64,000 nucleotides of DNA from Thermoanaerobaculia bacterium (GTDB lineage: Bacteria; Acidobacteriota; Thermoanaerobaculia; Gp7-AA8), in NCBI GenBank assembly GCA_035546335.1, contig DATKDP010000002.1, positions 8,774 through 72,773 of the forward strand, given 5' to 3'. The first letter of the stretch is position 1, and every line of letters begins with the position of its first letter. The position numbers and the translations under genes are program-made. Of the stretch, positions 38,754-46,651 are shown one piece after another. The notes under the pieces are model-generated. The model was not told the origin of the DNA. It searched no databases and worked only from the letters and a program-made list of their open reading frames with translations.

Positions 38754-38830
38754 TCTCGAGTCCCGAGTTCCGAGCCTCGAGTCCCCGAGTTCGAGTCTCG
38801 AGCCTCGAGTCCCGAGCCTCGAGCCTCGAG
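38754..38830. repeat. Degenerate heptanucleotide tandem array (YYYCGAG)x11
   Basis: Units TCTCGAG TCCCGAG TTCCGAG CCTCGAG TCCCCGAG TTCGAG TCTCGAG CCTCGAG TCCCGAG CCTCGAG CCTCGAG. It contains six CTCGAG palindromes. Confidence 0.9.
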
Positions 38831-38889
38831 TCTCACCCGCAGGGCGTCGAGCCGGGCATGGTCGTACCCGAGCAGTTCGTGGAGCGTCT

Positions 38890-39675
38890 TCACGATCCGG
38901 ACGAGCTTCCGCAGGCGTGTGAGAAGGCGAATTCCTCCGGCGAGCCGCTGCGCTCCTCCAGCGATACGGCGCGGGTGAAGTAGACATTGTTCTCGATGTG
39001 GATGTGCTCGTGGGTGCGCAGCTCGAACTCCGTCAGCCTGCGATACAGCTCGCGGTAGCTGAAGCAGGCGCTCTCCGGAGGCGTGTAGTCATCGGTCACG
39101 ACCCGCAGGCGGCCGAGCAGCTCGCCGACGCGATCATGCTCGAGCATCATCATGCGGATGGGGTTCTTCACCGTGCCGAAGAAGGGAGTGGGAGGCGGTC
39201 CGCCACTCTCCGCCGCCTCCTCGAGCTGCGCGACGTACGGAAAGAGGACCTGTTCCTCCTTCAGCATGTGCGGCAGCATGTCCGTCGTCAGGTCGCGGAC
39301 CAGTTCGACGACCTCGGGCAGCTCCGGCCGCCGCTCGCCGTGAACGCCGAGGACTTTTGCTGCCAGAGGTGCGAACGTCGCCAGCTCCTCGCGCGTGTAA
39401 CGGTGATACGCATCGACGATGTGACCGGAAAGCGTTCGCAACGACTCGGATGACCAGTCCGTTGCGAGGGAATCGGGCATTGCTACAGCGCTATCGACTG
39501 CAGCCGCAAATTCCTCGACGGATTTCCCGACCGCCGTGCACGCCTCGGAAAGCGTCTGCTTGCCGCCGCAGCAGTAGTCGATCTTCCACGCCTCGAAGAC
39601 GCGGATCGCGATGGGCAGCTCGGCGGCGATCTCTCCGATCGTCTGCTCGTGAAGTGAACTTGTCGTGTTGTTCAT
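38890..39675 (-). CDS. ytfE: Iron-sulfur cluster repair di-iron protein (RIC/YtfE/ScdA family)
   Basis: AGGAGG RBS. N-terminal ScdA_N motif (IAIRVFEAWKIDYCCGGKQTL) and two hemerythrin-like His/Glu segments (HMLKEEQVLFPY, HEHIHIENN). Confidence 0.85.
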   Translation of the reverse strand: MNNTTSSLHEQTIGEIAAELPIAIRVFEAWKIDYCCGGKQTLSEACTAVGKSVEEFAAAVDSAVAMPDSLATDWSSESLRTLSGHIVDAYHRYTREELATFAPLAAKVLGVHGERRPELPEVVELVRDLTTDMLPHMLKEEQVLFPYVAQLEEAAESGGPPPTPFFGTVKNPIRMMMLEHDRVGELLGRLRVVTDDYTPPESACFSYRELYRRLTEFELRTHEHIHIENNVYFTRAVSLEERSGSPEEFAFSHACGSSSGS

Positions 39676-39724
39676 TGGCTCCTCCTGTTGTTCTCGATTA
39701 TCGGGAACTTCGGTGCGATCGGGT

Positions 39725-39738
39725 ATGACGGGCGTCAT
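39725..39738 (-). promoter_or_regulatory. FNR/Dnr-type palindrome ATGAC-N4-GTCAT upstream of the RIC gene
   Basis: Perfect 5-N4-5 inverted repeat. Its centre is 41.5 nt upstream of the transcription start implied by the GATAAT hexamer at 39702-39697 (minus strand). Confidence 0.5.
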
Positions 39739-39742
39739 GCCT

Positions 39743-39797
39743 CCGATCATCCCTTCGGGATGACGGGCCCGTGGGACTGCTGCCGGCCGCAGTCGCG
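39743..39797. repeat. Repeat family C, partial copy
   Basis: CCGATCATCCCTTCGGGATGACGGGCCCGTGGGACTGCTGCCGGCCGC... aligns with the 3' two-thirds of the copies at 40564-40655 and 46546-46639. Confidence 0.7.
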
Positions 39798-40029
39798 ATT
39801 TCGGCAGATCTAACCAGGTTCTACAGCGATGGCGGGGCCGCCATTGCGATCGTGCGAGGACGCCGACCCCCGGTTGCGCGGCGTTCCGAGGACTGCGCGC
39901 CTTTTTCGCGACTCCGCCCTGACGGGCGGGGCTGAGGTTGTGTCAGCCTCCTATTAGGTCGCGGATGGAATCGCGCATGCCGGAGCGCGGTGGTTTCCGA
40001 AGCGCGGCCCGAGTTATGATGATCGGACC

Positions 40030-40284
40030 ATGGTGCTCACGGTTCAGATCGAGGTGACCGAGCAGACGCTGGCCGCGCTGCGGCAGGATCCAGAGGAGTA
40101 TGCCGCGGAGTTGCGGCTGGCGGCTGCGGCGAAGCTCTACGAGCTGGGGCGCGTATCCCAGGAAGTCGCCGCGGAGATCGCCGGCTTGAACCGTGTTCAG
40201 TTTCTCGACGCACTGGCACAGTTCGAGGTTTCACCGTTTCAGGATACGCCGGAGTCCTTGAAGGACGAGCTGGGGCGTGCGTGA
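40030..40284 (+). CDS. UPF0175-family antitoxin-like protein
   Basis: 84 aa. ...AAKLYELGRVSQEVAAEIAGLNRVQFLDALAQFEVSPF... is typical of UPF0175 partners of DUF3368 PIN-like toxins. Confidence 0.75.
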   Translation: MVLTVQIEVTEQTLAALRQDPEEYAAELRLAAAAKLYELGRVSQEVAAEIAGLNRVQFLDALAQFEVSPFQDTPESLKDELGRA

Positions 40285-40597
40285 GCTCTGGGTCGTCGAC
40301 TCATCACCCCTGATTGCTCTCGGCAGGATCGGCCGGCTCGACCTTTTCTCATCCCTGGCCAGTGACGTCGTGGTGCCGAAGGCTGTGGCCGTCGAGCTCC
40401 GGCGGGCCGAAGATGAGGCAAGCCTCGCATTGTCCGCGTCATGGATTCGAATCGAGAGGACAGAGATCCACCACCTCGTCGCTGCGTGGGGCCTTGGGGC
40501 CGGAGAAACGGCGGTGCTTTCGTTCGCCAAACTCAATGAAGGCTACGTGGCGGTCGTCGGTGAGCGGTGGTGCGCTGCGCGCCTCAACACCGGCTGA
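40277..40597 (+). pseudogene. DUF3368 (PIN-like) toxin gene, 3'-truncated by a family C repeat
   Basis: Overlaps the antitoxin by 8 nt. The N-terminal WVVDSSPLIALGRIGRLDLF... is typical of the family. At 106 aa it is visibly shorter than I expect for the family, and the last ~11 codons plus the stop lie inside repeat C2. Confidence 0.6.
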
Positions 40598-40655
40598 ATC
40601 CGATCATCCCTTCGGGATGGAGTACGGGTGGGTCTGTGCCGGCCGCCTGCGCGCC
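40564..40655. repeat. Repeat family C, full but degenerate copy
   Basis: GCGGTGGTGCGCTGCGCGCCTCAACACCGGCTG..GATCATCCCTTCGGGATGG..GTGCCGGCCGCCTGCGCGCC aligns with 46546-46639 in the same orientation. It contains the stop codons of both flanking convergent genes. Confidence 0.8.
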
Positions 40656-41683
40656 CCTGCAAACGACCGGACTGCGGTCCACAGGAGTCCGCCGAAGGCG
40701 AGCGCCCACGCCGCGATGGCCACGAACACGACGACGCGCGGAATCACCATCAGGAACTCGAGGTGCGTCGCCTGAGCCAGCCGGTACGTGCAGACCGTGT
40801 ACATCCCGAGGGGAAAGACGGCCCCCCAATACAGCGGGTGATACGTCAGTGGAAAGCGTTTGTAAACATGGCGCCAGTAGCCGAGGATCAGGAGCATCGG
40901 GATCCACCAGGTGGCGGTCGCCCAGAAGAGGATCGTGAAGCCGAGGATGAAGGGCGCGAGTGTCGTCAGAAGCGGCGATGACTCCTGCGCGGCGAACAGC
41001 AGCGTTCCGGCGAGAGTCGAGATCGCCATCGCTCCCATGTTGATCCAATAAGGCGGCATCAGATCCGAGGGCGAGAACCGATAGAACGTGTATCGATAAA
41101 AAATGAGGGAAATCAGCCAGATGTACAACATTCCTCCGGCGAGCCAGAAGGTCAGACTGAGGAACAGCAGCAGCTGGGTTTGCGATCCGGACGACGGTGC
41201 GATCAGCGTTGCGAGGGTCGAGACTGATTCGGTTGCCACCACGGCCACGAGCCATCCGCCGTTGATCCCCTGATCGAGAGTCGGTTTCGACTCCTTCACC
41301 GTCAGGCCCGCGAACACCGCATAGACGAGCAGCAGCCAGAGCCCGAGGGTCGCGAACCAGAGTGCCGTGGCACTTCGATGGGCGTCGAAGAGGATGAAGA
41401 GCTGCGAGCCGAGGACGCTCGTCGCCGCGACCATGGTGAAGAAGCCGACGCCGCGCTGGTGATCGATGAGATCGCTCAGAACCTCGCGAGGGAACGAGGT
41501 CAGGCGTACGATCGTGAGGATCCAGAGGATCACGTACGCGGGGAGGTTCACGACGAGCAGCGCCAGGGCAATCGAATCCATGCCCATCAGCTCCGCGGCG
41601 ATCGAGACGATGCCGGTCGCCATGACCATCGCGAAGTAGGCGGGATGGAGCGTGCGAATGCCGTCCATCGGCGCTGTGGTCAT
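40604..41683 (-). CDS. TehA/SLAC1 (TDT) family anion channel/transporter
   Basis: About 10 TM helices. N-terminal LHPAYFAMVMATGIVSIAA matches the family signature. ATGA overlap with the upstream small gene. Start at ATG 41683, since the longer ORF to 41938 overlaps two genes. Confidence 0.8.
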   Translation of the reverse strand: MTTAPMDGIRTLHPAYFAMVMATGIVSIAAELMGMDSIALALLVVNLPAYVILWILTIVRLTSFPREVLSDLIDHQRGVGFFTMVAATSVLGSQLFILFDAHRSATALWFATLGLWLLLVYAVFAGLTVKESKPTLDQGINGGWLVAVVATESVSTLATLIAPSSGSQTQLLLFLSLTFWLAGGMLYIWLISLIFYRYTFYRFSPSDLMPPYWINMGAMAISTLAGTLLFAAQESSPLLTTLAPFILGFTILFWATATWWIPMLLILGYWRHVYKRFPLTYHPLYWGAVFPLGMYTVCTYRLAQATHLEFLMVIPRVVVFVAIAAWALAFGGLLWTAVRSFAGARRRPAQTHPYSIPKG

Positions 41684-41904
41684 CGGCGTTCCATCTGGTA
41701 GATGTACCAGAGCAGTCCGGCGTTGAGGAAAAGACAGACTGCGCTCGCGATTCCGGCAGGCAGAAGGACTGTCTCTTCGCCGCCCAGAAACGAGTTCATC
41801 GTCGCCGTCAGCAACCACAGCTGCAGCACGACGATCATGGCGACGATCGAGAGAATGCCGTTGACGATCGTCAGCTTCTGCCGGCGGGAAAAGGAGCGTT
41901 TCAC
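41680..41904 (-). CDS. Small 2-TM membrane protein
   Basis: 74 aa. GTGA overlap with the Rieske stop and ATGA overlap with the next gene. Two hydrophobic helices and no recognisable family. Confidence 0.55.
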   Translation of the reverse strand: MKRSFSRRQKLTIVNGILSIVAMIVVLQLWLLTATMNSFLGGEETVLLPAGIASAVCLFLNAGLLWYIYQMERR

Positions 41905-42446
41905 CCGCGCACCTCCACGCCCGTCGCGTAAATGGCACCGTCGCGGATCTCCAGCTGAATTCGGGGAAGAGGGCGGCGTGGAGGCCCGGCCGTTGGTACG
42001 CCCGTCTCGAGATCGAACACGCCGTTGTGGCATGGACAATAGAGGCAGTTGTCCTTCGGGCGGGGTGTCACGGCGCAGCTCAGATGCGTGCACTTCTGTC
42101 CGTAGGCGACGAACCGCTCCTCGCCCGTTCGTACGAGGATGCAGTCGTCGTGAGCCGCGGGATAAGCGAACGTCAGCGCACTACCGATTGGAATCGTGCT
42201 CAGATCCGCGATTTTTCGAACGGGCGGCAAGCCGCGGCGTCGCCGACGCAGATTCTCGAGCACGATCCAGGCCTGACCGACCACGAAGGCGAAGCTGGTG
42301 AGCACGAGGAACTTGGTGAAGTCCCGTCGCGCCACGAGCTCGTCCTGAGGCCAGTCGATCGGGAAGTCGTTCCGCCACTGCGGTTGCTCGTGGTACGGGC
42401 GGCCATTCGGGGGAACCGAGAGCTGATCCGGAGGCGTGTCTGTCAT
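41901..42446 (-). CDS. Membrane-anchored Rieske [2Fe-2S] protein
   Basis: CTHLSC...CPCHNG cluster motifs. N-terminal ARRDFTKFL followed by a hydrophobic helix and then RRRRR. Confidence 0.88.
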   Translation of the reverse strand: MTDTPPDQLSVPPNGRPYHEQPQWRNDFPIDWPQDELVARRDFTKFLVLTSFAFVVGQAWIVLENLRRRRRGLPPVRKIADLSTIPIGSALTFAYPAAHDDCILVRTGEERFVAYGQKCTHLSCAVTPRPKDNCLYCPCHNGVFDLETGVPTAGPPRRPLPRIQLEIRDGAIYATGVEVRG

Positions 42447-42447
42447 C

Positions 42448-43083
42448 TCACATCTCGTCGAAAACGTTGTCGAGCATGTCTGCAGGGCTCTCGGGGTCCT
42501 CGTTCATCGCCGCGGTGACGTCGATGTGCTGGATCGCCGGGTCGCGGGGAACCATCATGTTCACTTTGGTGGTGATGACCTGGTTTCCGAACCGGAAGGT
42601 GTTCGTCGGCTTCGATTGCGGTCGCATGCGCTCGATCTCTTCACGCGTTCCGAAATGGAGCGCACCGCTGGGGCAGACCGACGCGCACATCGGTTTCAGA
42701 CCCACTGAAGTGCGGTCGTAGCACATGTCACATTTCATCATCAGCGAGAATTCGGTCTGCATCTTCGGTACGCCGAACGGGCAGGCCAGCACGCAGTTGT
42801 TGCAGGCGATGCAGCGAGGCTTGCGCGCCGTCTGCACCACGCCGTCGCCGGTCCGCTTGATCGCGTCGGCCGGGCAGACCTCCGCGCAGGTCGGCGAATC
42901 GCAGTGCATGCAGACGACGGGGACCGTCTGAACGGAGACCGGCCGCTCGACGAACTCGAGATGGATCATCGACACCCCCTTGTGCGTGTCGCATTCGCTG
43001 CATGCCGCAACGCACGACTGGCAGCCGATGCAGCGATTCGGATCGACGAAAAACTCCATGTTGGTCGACGGGGGCATGGTCAC
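42448..43083 (-). CDS. Four-cluster [4Fe-4S] ferredoxin subunit (DmsB/NarH-like)
   Basis: Four Cys groups ([41 protein letters not shown]...CASVCP). GTG start overlaps the upstream stop (GTGA). Confidence 0.9.
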   Translation of the reverse strand: MTMPPSTNMEFFVDPNRCIGCQSCVAACSECDTHKGVSMIHLEFVERPVSVQTVPVVCMHCDSPTCAEVCPADAIKRTGDGVVQTARKPRCIACNNCVLACPFGVPKMQTEFSLMMKCDMCYDRTSVGLKPMCASVCPSGALHFGTREEIERMRPQSKPTNTFRFGNQVITTKVNMMVPRDPAIQHIDVTAAMNEDPESPADMLDNVFDEM

Positions 43084-45389
43084 GTTCTGCGCGGTGCGGC
43101 GCGGTGGGCCGCGTCGGTCGAGCCAGCGCGCTCGATGAAGGTGTCATCGGTTTTTTCGGTGATCGCCTCCTCGCCGGGAGGCTGTTGCGCCTTCTTCATG
43201 CGAACCGCGCATACCTTGTACTCGGGAATTTTGGAGATCGGATCCTGCGCGGCGATGGTCAGCTGGTTGGCTGATTTGCGACCCGGCCAGTGATACGGAA
43301 TGAAGATCGTGTCGGGCCGGATCGTCGTGACCACCTGCGCGCGGAGGGTGAGGTCGCCGCGTCGAGACTCCACGGTCGTCCAGTCGCCGTCCGCGATCCC
43401 GTACTTCGCGGCCAGCCTCGGGTGCATCTCGATGCGAGGCTCCGGGTACTGATCCACGAGCGGTCCGATGCGGCGCGTCTGCGTGCCGGAGAGGAACTGG
43501 CTGATGACTCTGCCCGTCGTGAGAATGATCGGGTATTCGTCATCGACGTCTTCTGCAGGCGGCCGGTATGCGGCGACATTGAACCTCGCCTTGCCGTCGG
43601 GGAAGTAGAACGGTCCGGCTCCTCGGGCGACCGGATTCCAGGAATCACTCTCGAACAGCCGCGGTGTTCCCGGATGATCCTCCGAGGGACAAGGCCAGAA
43701 GACGCCGTTGCGCGCTTCGATCTTCTCGTAGGTGATGCCGTAATAGTCGGCGACACCCCCCTTCGAGGCCACGCGCAGCTCGTCGAAGATCTCCCTCGGG
43801 CTGTCGAAGGTGAATCCGTGGGACCGGCCGAGTGCTCGAGCGATGTCCTGGATGATCCGCCAGTCCTGCCGTGCGTCTCCCGGAGGATCGACCGCCTTGT
43901 TGATCTTGATCACGCGCCCCTCCACCTGTGCGACGACGCCTTCGTCCTCTTCGTGGAGCGATCCGGGGAGCACGACGTCGGCGTGCTGCGCGGATTCGCT
44001 GAGAAAGAAATCGATGACCGTGAAGAACTCGAGCTTCTCCAGCGCCCGGGTGACGAAGGCGTTGTCCGGAAGCGAGACTTTCGGGTTGAAGCAGATGGAG
44101 AGCAGCCCTTTGATCTCGCCGGCGTCGATCTTGCGCATCATCTCGTAGCAGTCGACGCCTGCCTGTGGAATGTGTTCCGGCTCGATGCCCCACACGCTGG
44201 CGATGTATGCGCGGTGCTCGGGATTGCCGATGTCTCTCCAGCCCGGGAGCTGATCCGCTTTCTGTCCGTGCTCGCGTCCCCCCTGCCCGTTGCCCTGGCC
44301 GACGACCGTTCCGTATCCGCAAAAGGGGCGGCCGATGCGGCCCGACGCGAGGACGATGTTGATCGTGCCGAGACAGTTCTCGACCCCGTGCGTGTGATGC
44401 TCGATCCCACGCGCATGCATGAGAAAGCTGGTGCGCGCCTTTCCCCACAGCTCGGCGGCCTGGCGGATCGATTTCTCGGCGACCCCCGTGACCTCCGCCG
44501 TCCGCTTCGGCGTCCACTGCTTCACCTCGCTGGCGACCGCGTCGAACCCGGCCGTGTGCTTCTCGATGAAGTCGTGATCGAGCCAGTCGTTCTCGATCAT
44601 CAGGTGCAGAATGCCGTTGAAGAGCGCGACGTCGCGGCCGGGCTTGACGGGAAGAAAGACATCGGCTGTTCGTGCGATCGGCGTGATCCGCGGATCGACG
44701 ACGATGAGCTTGCCGCCGTTCTCTCTCGCCTGCCAGACGTAATTCGTGGTGATCGGCGAACACTCGGCGGTGTTCGAGCCGGCGATGAGCACCACTTCGG
44801 CCTCGAGAATGTCGTCCCACGGATTCGCGCTTCGATCGATGCCGAACGCTTTTTTGTTCGCCGCGCCGGCGCTGACCATGCAGAGGCGGCCGTTGTAGTC
44901 GATGTACTTCGTGCCGAGGCAGACACGCGCAAACTTCCCCATCAGGTACGTCTTCTCGGTTGTGAGACTGGCGCCGCTCAGCACGCCGAAAGCGTCCTTC
45001 CCCCAGGTCGACTGAATGCGATCAATCTCTGCGGCGACCCGGGTGATCGCCGCGTCGTAGGGGAGCGCCTCGAAGCCGCTCGCGGAATCGGGATTGCGCT
45101 GCAGAGCGGTCAGCAGCCGGTCGGGATGGGCTCCCTGCAGATAGCGCTTCACCCCCTTCGGGCAGAGCATGCCTTTGTTGAACGGAAAGTCGTAACGAGG
45201 CTCGAATCCGATGACGATGTTGTCCTTGACCTCGAGCCGGATTCCGCACTGCTGACCGCAGAAGCAGCAATGCGTGTCGACGAGCCTGTCCGGCTCGACG
45301 GCCGTATCGAGACTCGCCCCCTCCATCCGATTCAGGTGGGGGCCGTAGACGTCGATGAGAAGAGCCTCTTCTTTGGGAAGTGTCGCCAT
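43080..45389 (-). CDS. Molybdopterin (bis-MGD) oxidoreductase catalytic subunit, NarB/NasA-like, no Tat signal
   Basis: 769 aa from ATG 45389. N-terminal [10 protein letters not shown] FeS motif and a [24 protein letters not shown] segment characteristic of assimilatory-type nitrate reductases. No RR leader and no in-frame TGA. Confidence 0.9.
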   Translation of the reverse strand: MATLPKEEALLIDVYGPHLNRMEGASLDTAVEPDRLVDTHCCFCGQQCGIRLEVKDNIVIGFEPRYDFPFNKGMLCPKGVKRYLQGAHPDRLLTALQRNPDSASGFEALPYDAAITRVAAEIDRIQSTWGKDAFGVLSGASLTTEKTYLMGKFARVCLGTKYIDYNGRLCMVSAGAANKKAFGIDRSANPWDDILEAEVVLIAGSNTAECSPITTNYVWQARENGGKLIVVDPRITPIARTADVFLPVKPGRDVALFNGILHLMIENDWLDHDFIEKHTAGFDAVASEVKQWTPKRTAEVTGVAEKSIRQAAELWGKARTSFLMHARGIEHHTHGVENCLGTINIVLASGRIGRPFCGYGTVVGQGNGQGGREHGQKADQLPGWRDIGNPEHRAYIASVWGIEPEHIPQAGVDCYEMMRKIDAGEIKGLLSICFNPKVSLPDNAFVTRALEKLEFFTVIDFFLSESAQHADVVLPGSLHEEDEGVVAQVEGRVIKINKAVDPPGDARQDWRIIQDIARALGRSHGFTFDSPREIFDELRVASKGGVADYYGITYEKIEARNGVFWPCPSEDHPGTPRLFESDSWNPVARGAGPFYFPDGKARFNVAAYRPPAEDVDDEYPIILTTGRVISQFLSGTQTRRIGPLVDQYPEPRIEMHPRLAAKYGIADGDWTTVESRRGDLTLRAQVVTTIRPDTIFIPYHWPGRKSANQLTIAAQDPISKIPEYKVCAVRMKKAQQPPGEEAITEKTDDTFIERAGSTDAAHRAAPRRT

Positions 45390-45391
45390 CG

Positions 45392-46474
45392 TCAGGATGT
45401 CCTCGTCCTTCCACGCCACAGCTCGCCCTGCGCCAGCGCGAGTATTCTTCGCCGGCATGAAGGGCAGATATGTTGGTAGTGATCGGCTCCGGCGGACTCG
45501 ATCTCGTACCGATACCCGAGCTCGCGCTCGACGTCGATGAGGTCGTTGATCTGGAGCAGGGGAGCGAAGTCGCGGCCGCAACGCCGGCATGCCGCCATTC
45601 CCTCGCGAGCTCCAACGTCCTTGTAGAAGCTGACGCCGAGTTGTGCGGGCCGCTGGAAGATGTGAAAGAACTTTCCGAACGGGAGCCACAACAGTGTGAA
45701 GATGACGGTGACGGCATGCAGCAGGGCGAGGAAGTCGTATCCGTAGCCTTTCATCCAGGTATAGCTCGCCGTCAGAAGCAGGCCGCTCACGCTGATGGCG
45801 AACAGGAGAATCAGCGGCATGAAGTCTTCGCCGAATCGCTGCGTCGCCGCCGCGCCGTGCTCGCGCATTCTGCGGCGCATGGCGAGCATCACGCCTGCGA
45901 TCACCAGGAACGAGGACCAGACCAGTCCGTGAAAAATCAGGAACGCGGTGAGGGAGTGAATTCGGAACGAATTCGTGGCAAAGCCGAAGACGTACGTCCG
46001 GTAGCTCTCCAGATCGCCCGGAACCGTTTCGAAGTGAATCCATCCGAAGACGAGGGGAAAGGTGATCGCGAAAGCGAGAATGCAGCCCCACATGATGAGC
46101 GCGTGCGCCACTCCCCGCGTGCGATTCCGCGTGAAGATGAATCGGTTCAGGGCGAAATCGCTGATCACCCGACGGAACAAGTTTCCGATGTTGCGCGTCA
46201 GGTACCGCGGCGCGAAGAACACCTGCCAGCCTCGGATCCAGTACTTGCGGGTGGGAGGCCGCTGAAGCCACATCGCGTAGCGGTAGGTGATGGCAAACGT
46301 GGCGAACAGGGTTGCGAAGGTATACCCGACGAGCGCCGCATCGAAGTGCGCGAGGTTCCTCGACCCGAATACGATCAAGACCCCGAGGATCGCCGTGAAG
46401 AGAAGACCCCACGACAACGCTGTCCATCGTTCTCGCCCAACGCGACCGAAACTCAGCATCGTAGCGAACTTCAT
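45392..46474 (-). CDS. NarI/TcuB-like polytopic membrane protein (probable b-haem subunit) with a C-terminal CxxC...CxxC tail
   Basis: Six or more TM helices with conserved His, [13 protein letters not shown] near the last helix, and CRRCG...CPSCRR at the C-terminus. Start uncertain (TTG 46507, ATG 46474 or ATG 46459). Confidence 0.7.
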   Translation of the reverse strand: MKFATMLSFGRVGRERWTALSWGLLFTAILGVLIVFGSRNLAHFDAALVGYTFATLFATFAITYRYAMWLQRPPTRKYWIRGWQVFFAPRYLTRNIGNLFRRVISDFALNRFIFTRNRTRGVAHALIMWGCILAFAITFPLVFGWIHFETVPGDLESYRTYVFGFATNSFRIHSLTAFLIFHGLVWSSFLVIAGVMLAMRRRMREHGAAATQRFGEDFMPLILLFAISVSGLLLTASYTWMKGYGYDFLALLHAVTVIFTLLWLPFGKFFHIFQRPAQLGVSFYKDVGAREGMAACRRCGRDFAPLLQINDLIDVERELGYRYEIESAGADHYQHICPSCRRRILALAQGELWRGRTRTS

Positions 46475-46497
46475 AGCAGAATCCGCAACCGGGCAAC

Positions 46498-46511
46498 ATG
46501 ATATCAATCAT
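46498..46511 (-). promoter_or_regulatory. FNR-type palindrome ATGAT-N4-ATCAT upstream of the molybdoenzyme operon
   Basis: Perfect 5-N4-5 inverted repeat containing the TGAT-N4-ATCA FNR core. A TATGAA hexamer (46475-46470, minus strand) is at the class II distance. Confidence 0.45.
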
Positions 46512-46545
46512 GCGGTGGTGAATCGACGGGTGCGGTTGACCTCTG

Positions 46546-46639
46546 CCGGTGGTGGCGCTGCGCGCTCACCACCGGCTGGACTCCCATCATCCCTTCGGGA
46601 TGGCGGACCCGTGGAACTGTGCCGGCCGCCTTCGCGGCC
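46546..46639. repeat. Repeat family C, best-preserved copy (three hairpins)
   Basis: Three stem pairs: CCGGTGGTG...CACCACCGG, then CATCCC-TTC-GGGATG, then GGCCGC-CTTC-GCGGCC. Same orientation as 40564-40655. Confidence 0.85.
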
Positions 46640-46651
46640 AACTGCCCGATA

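Noticed and set aside
35624-38830. Tandem arrays at 35624-35679 and 38754-38830 as possible CRISPR arrays.
   Set aside because: The units are 7 nt with no spacers, there are no cas genes in the window, and the total lengths are 56-77 nt. These are microsatellite/STRR-like arrays, not CRISPR.
43080-45389. A periplasmic (Tat-exported) or selenocysteine-containing formate dehydrogenase or Nap-type enzyme.
   Set aside because: There is no S/T-R-R-x-F-L-K motif or hydrophobic leader in the first 45 residues, and no in-frame TGA. The only RR-type motif in the operon is on the Rieske protein.
43080-46511. A single 1143-aa ORF that appears to fuse a membrane protein and the molybdoenzyme.
   Set aside because: The first ~370 codons are an out-of-frame shadow over the real membrane-subunit gene (45392-46507, another frame), and their translation is Arg/Pro/Ala-rich nonsense. 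The recognisable molybdoenzyme sequence begins at MATLPKEE (ATG 45389), 2 nt after the upstream stop.
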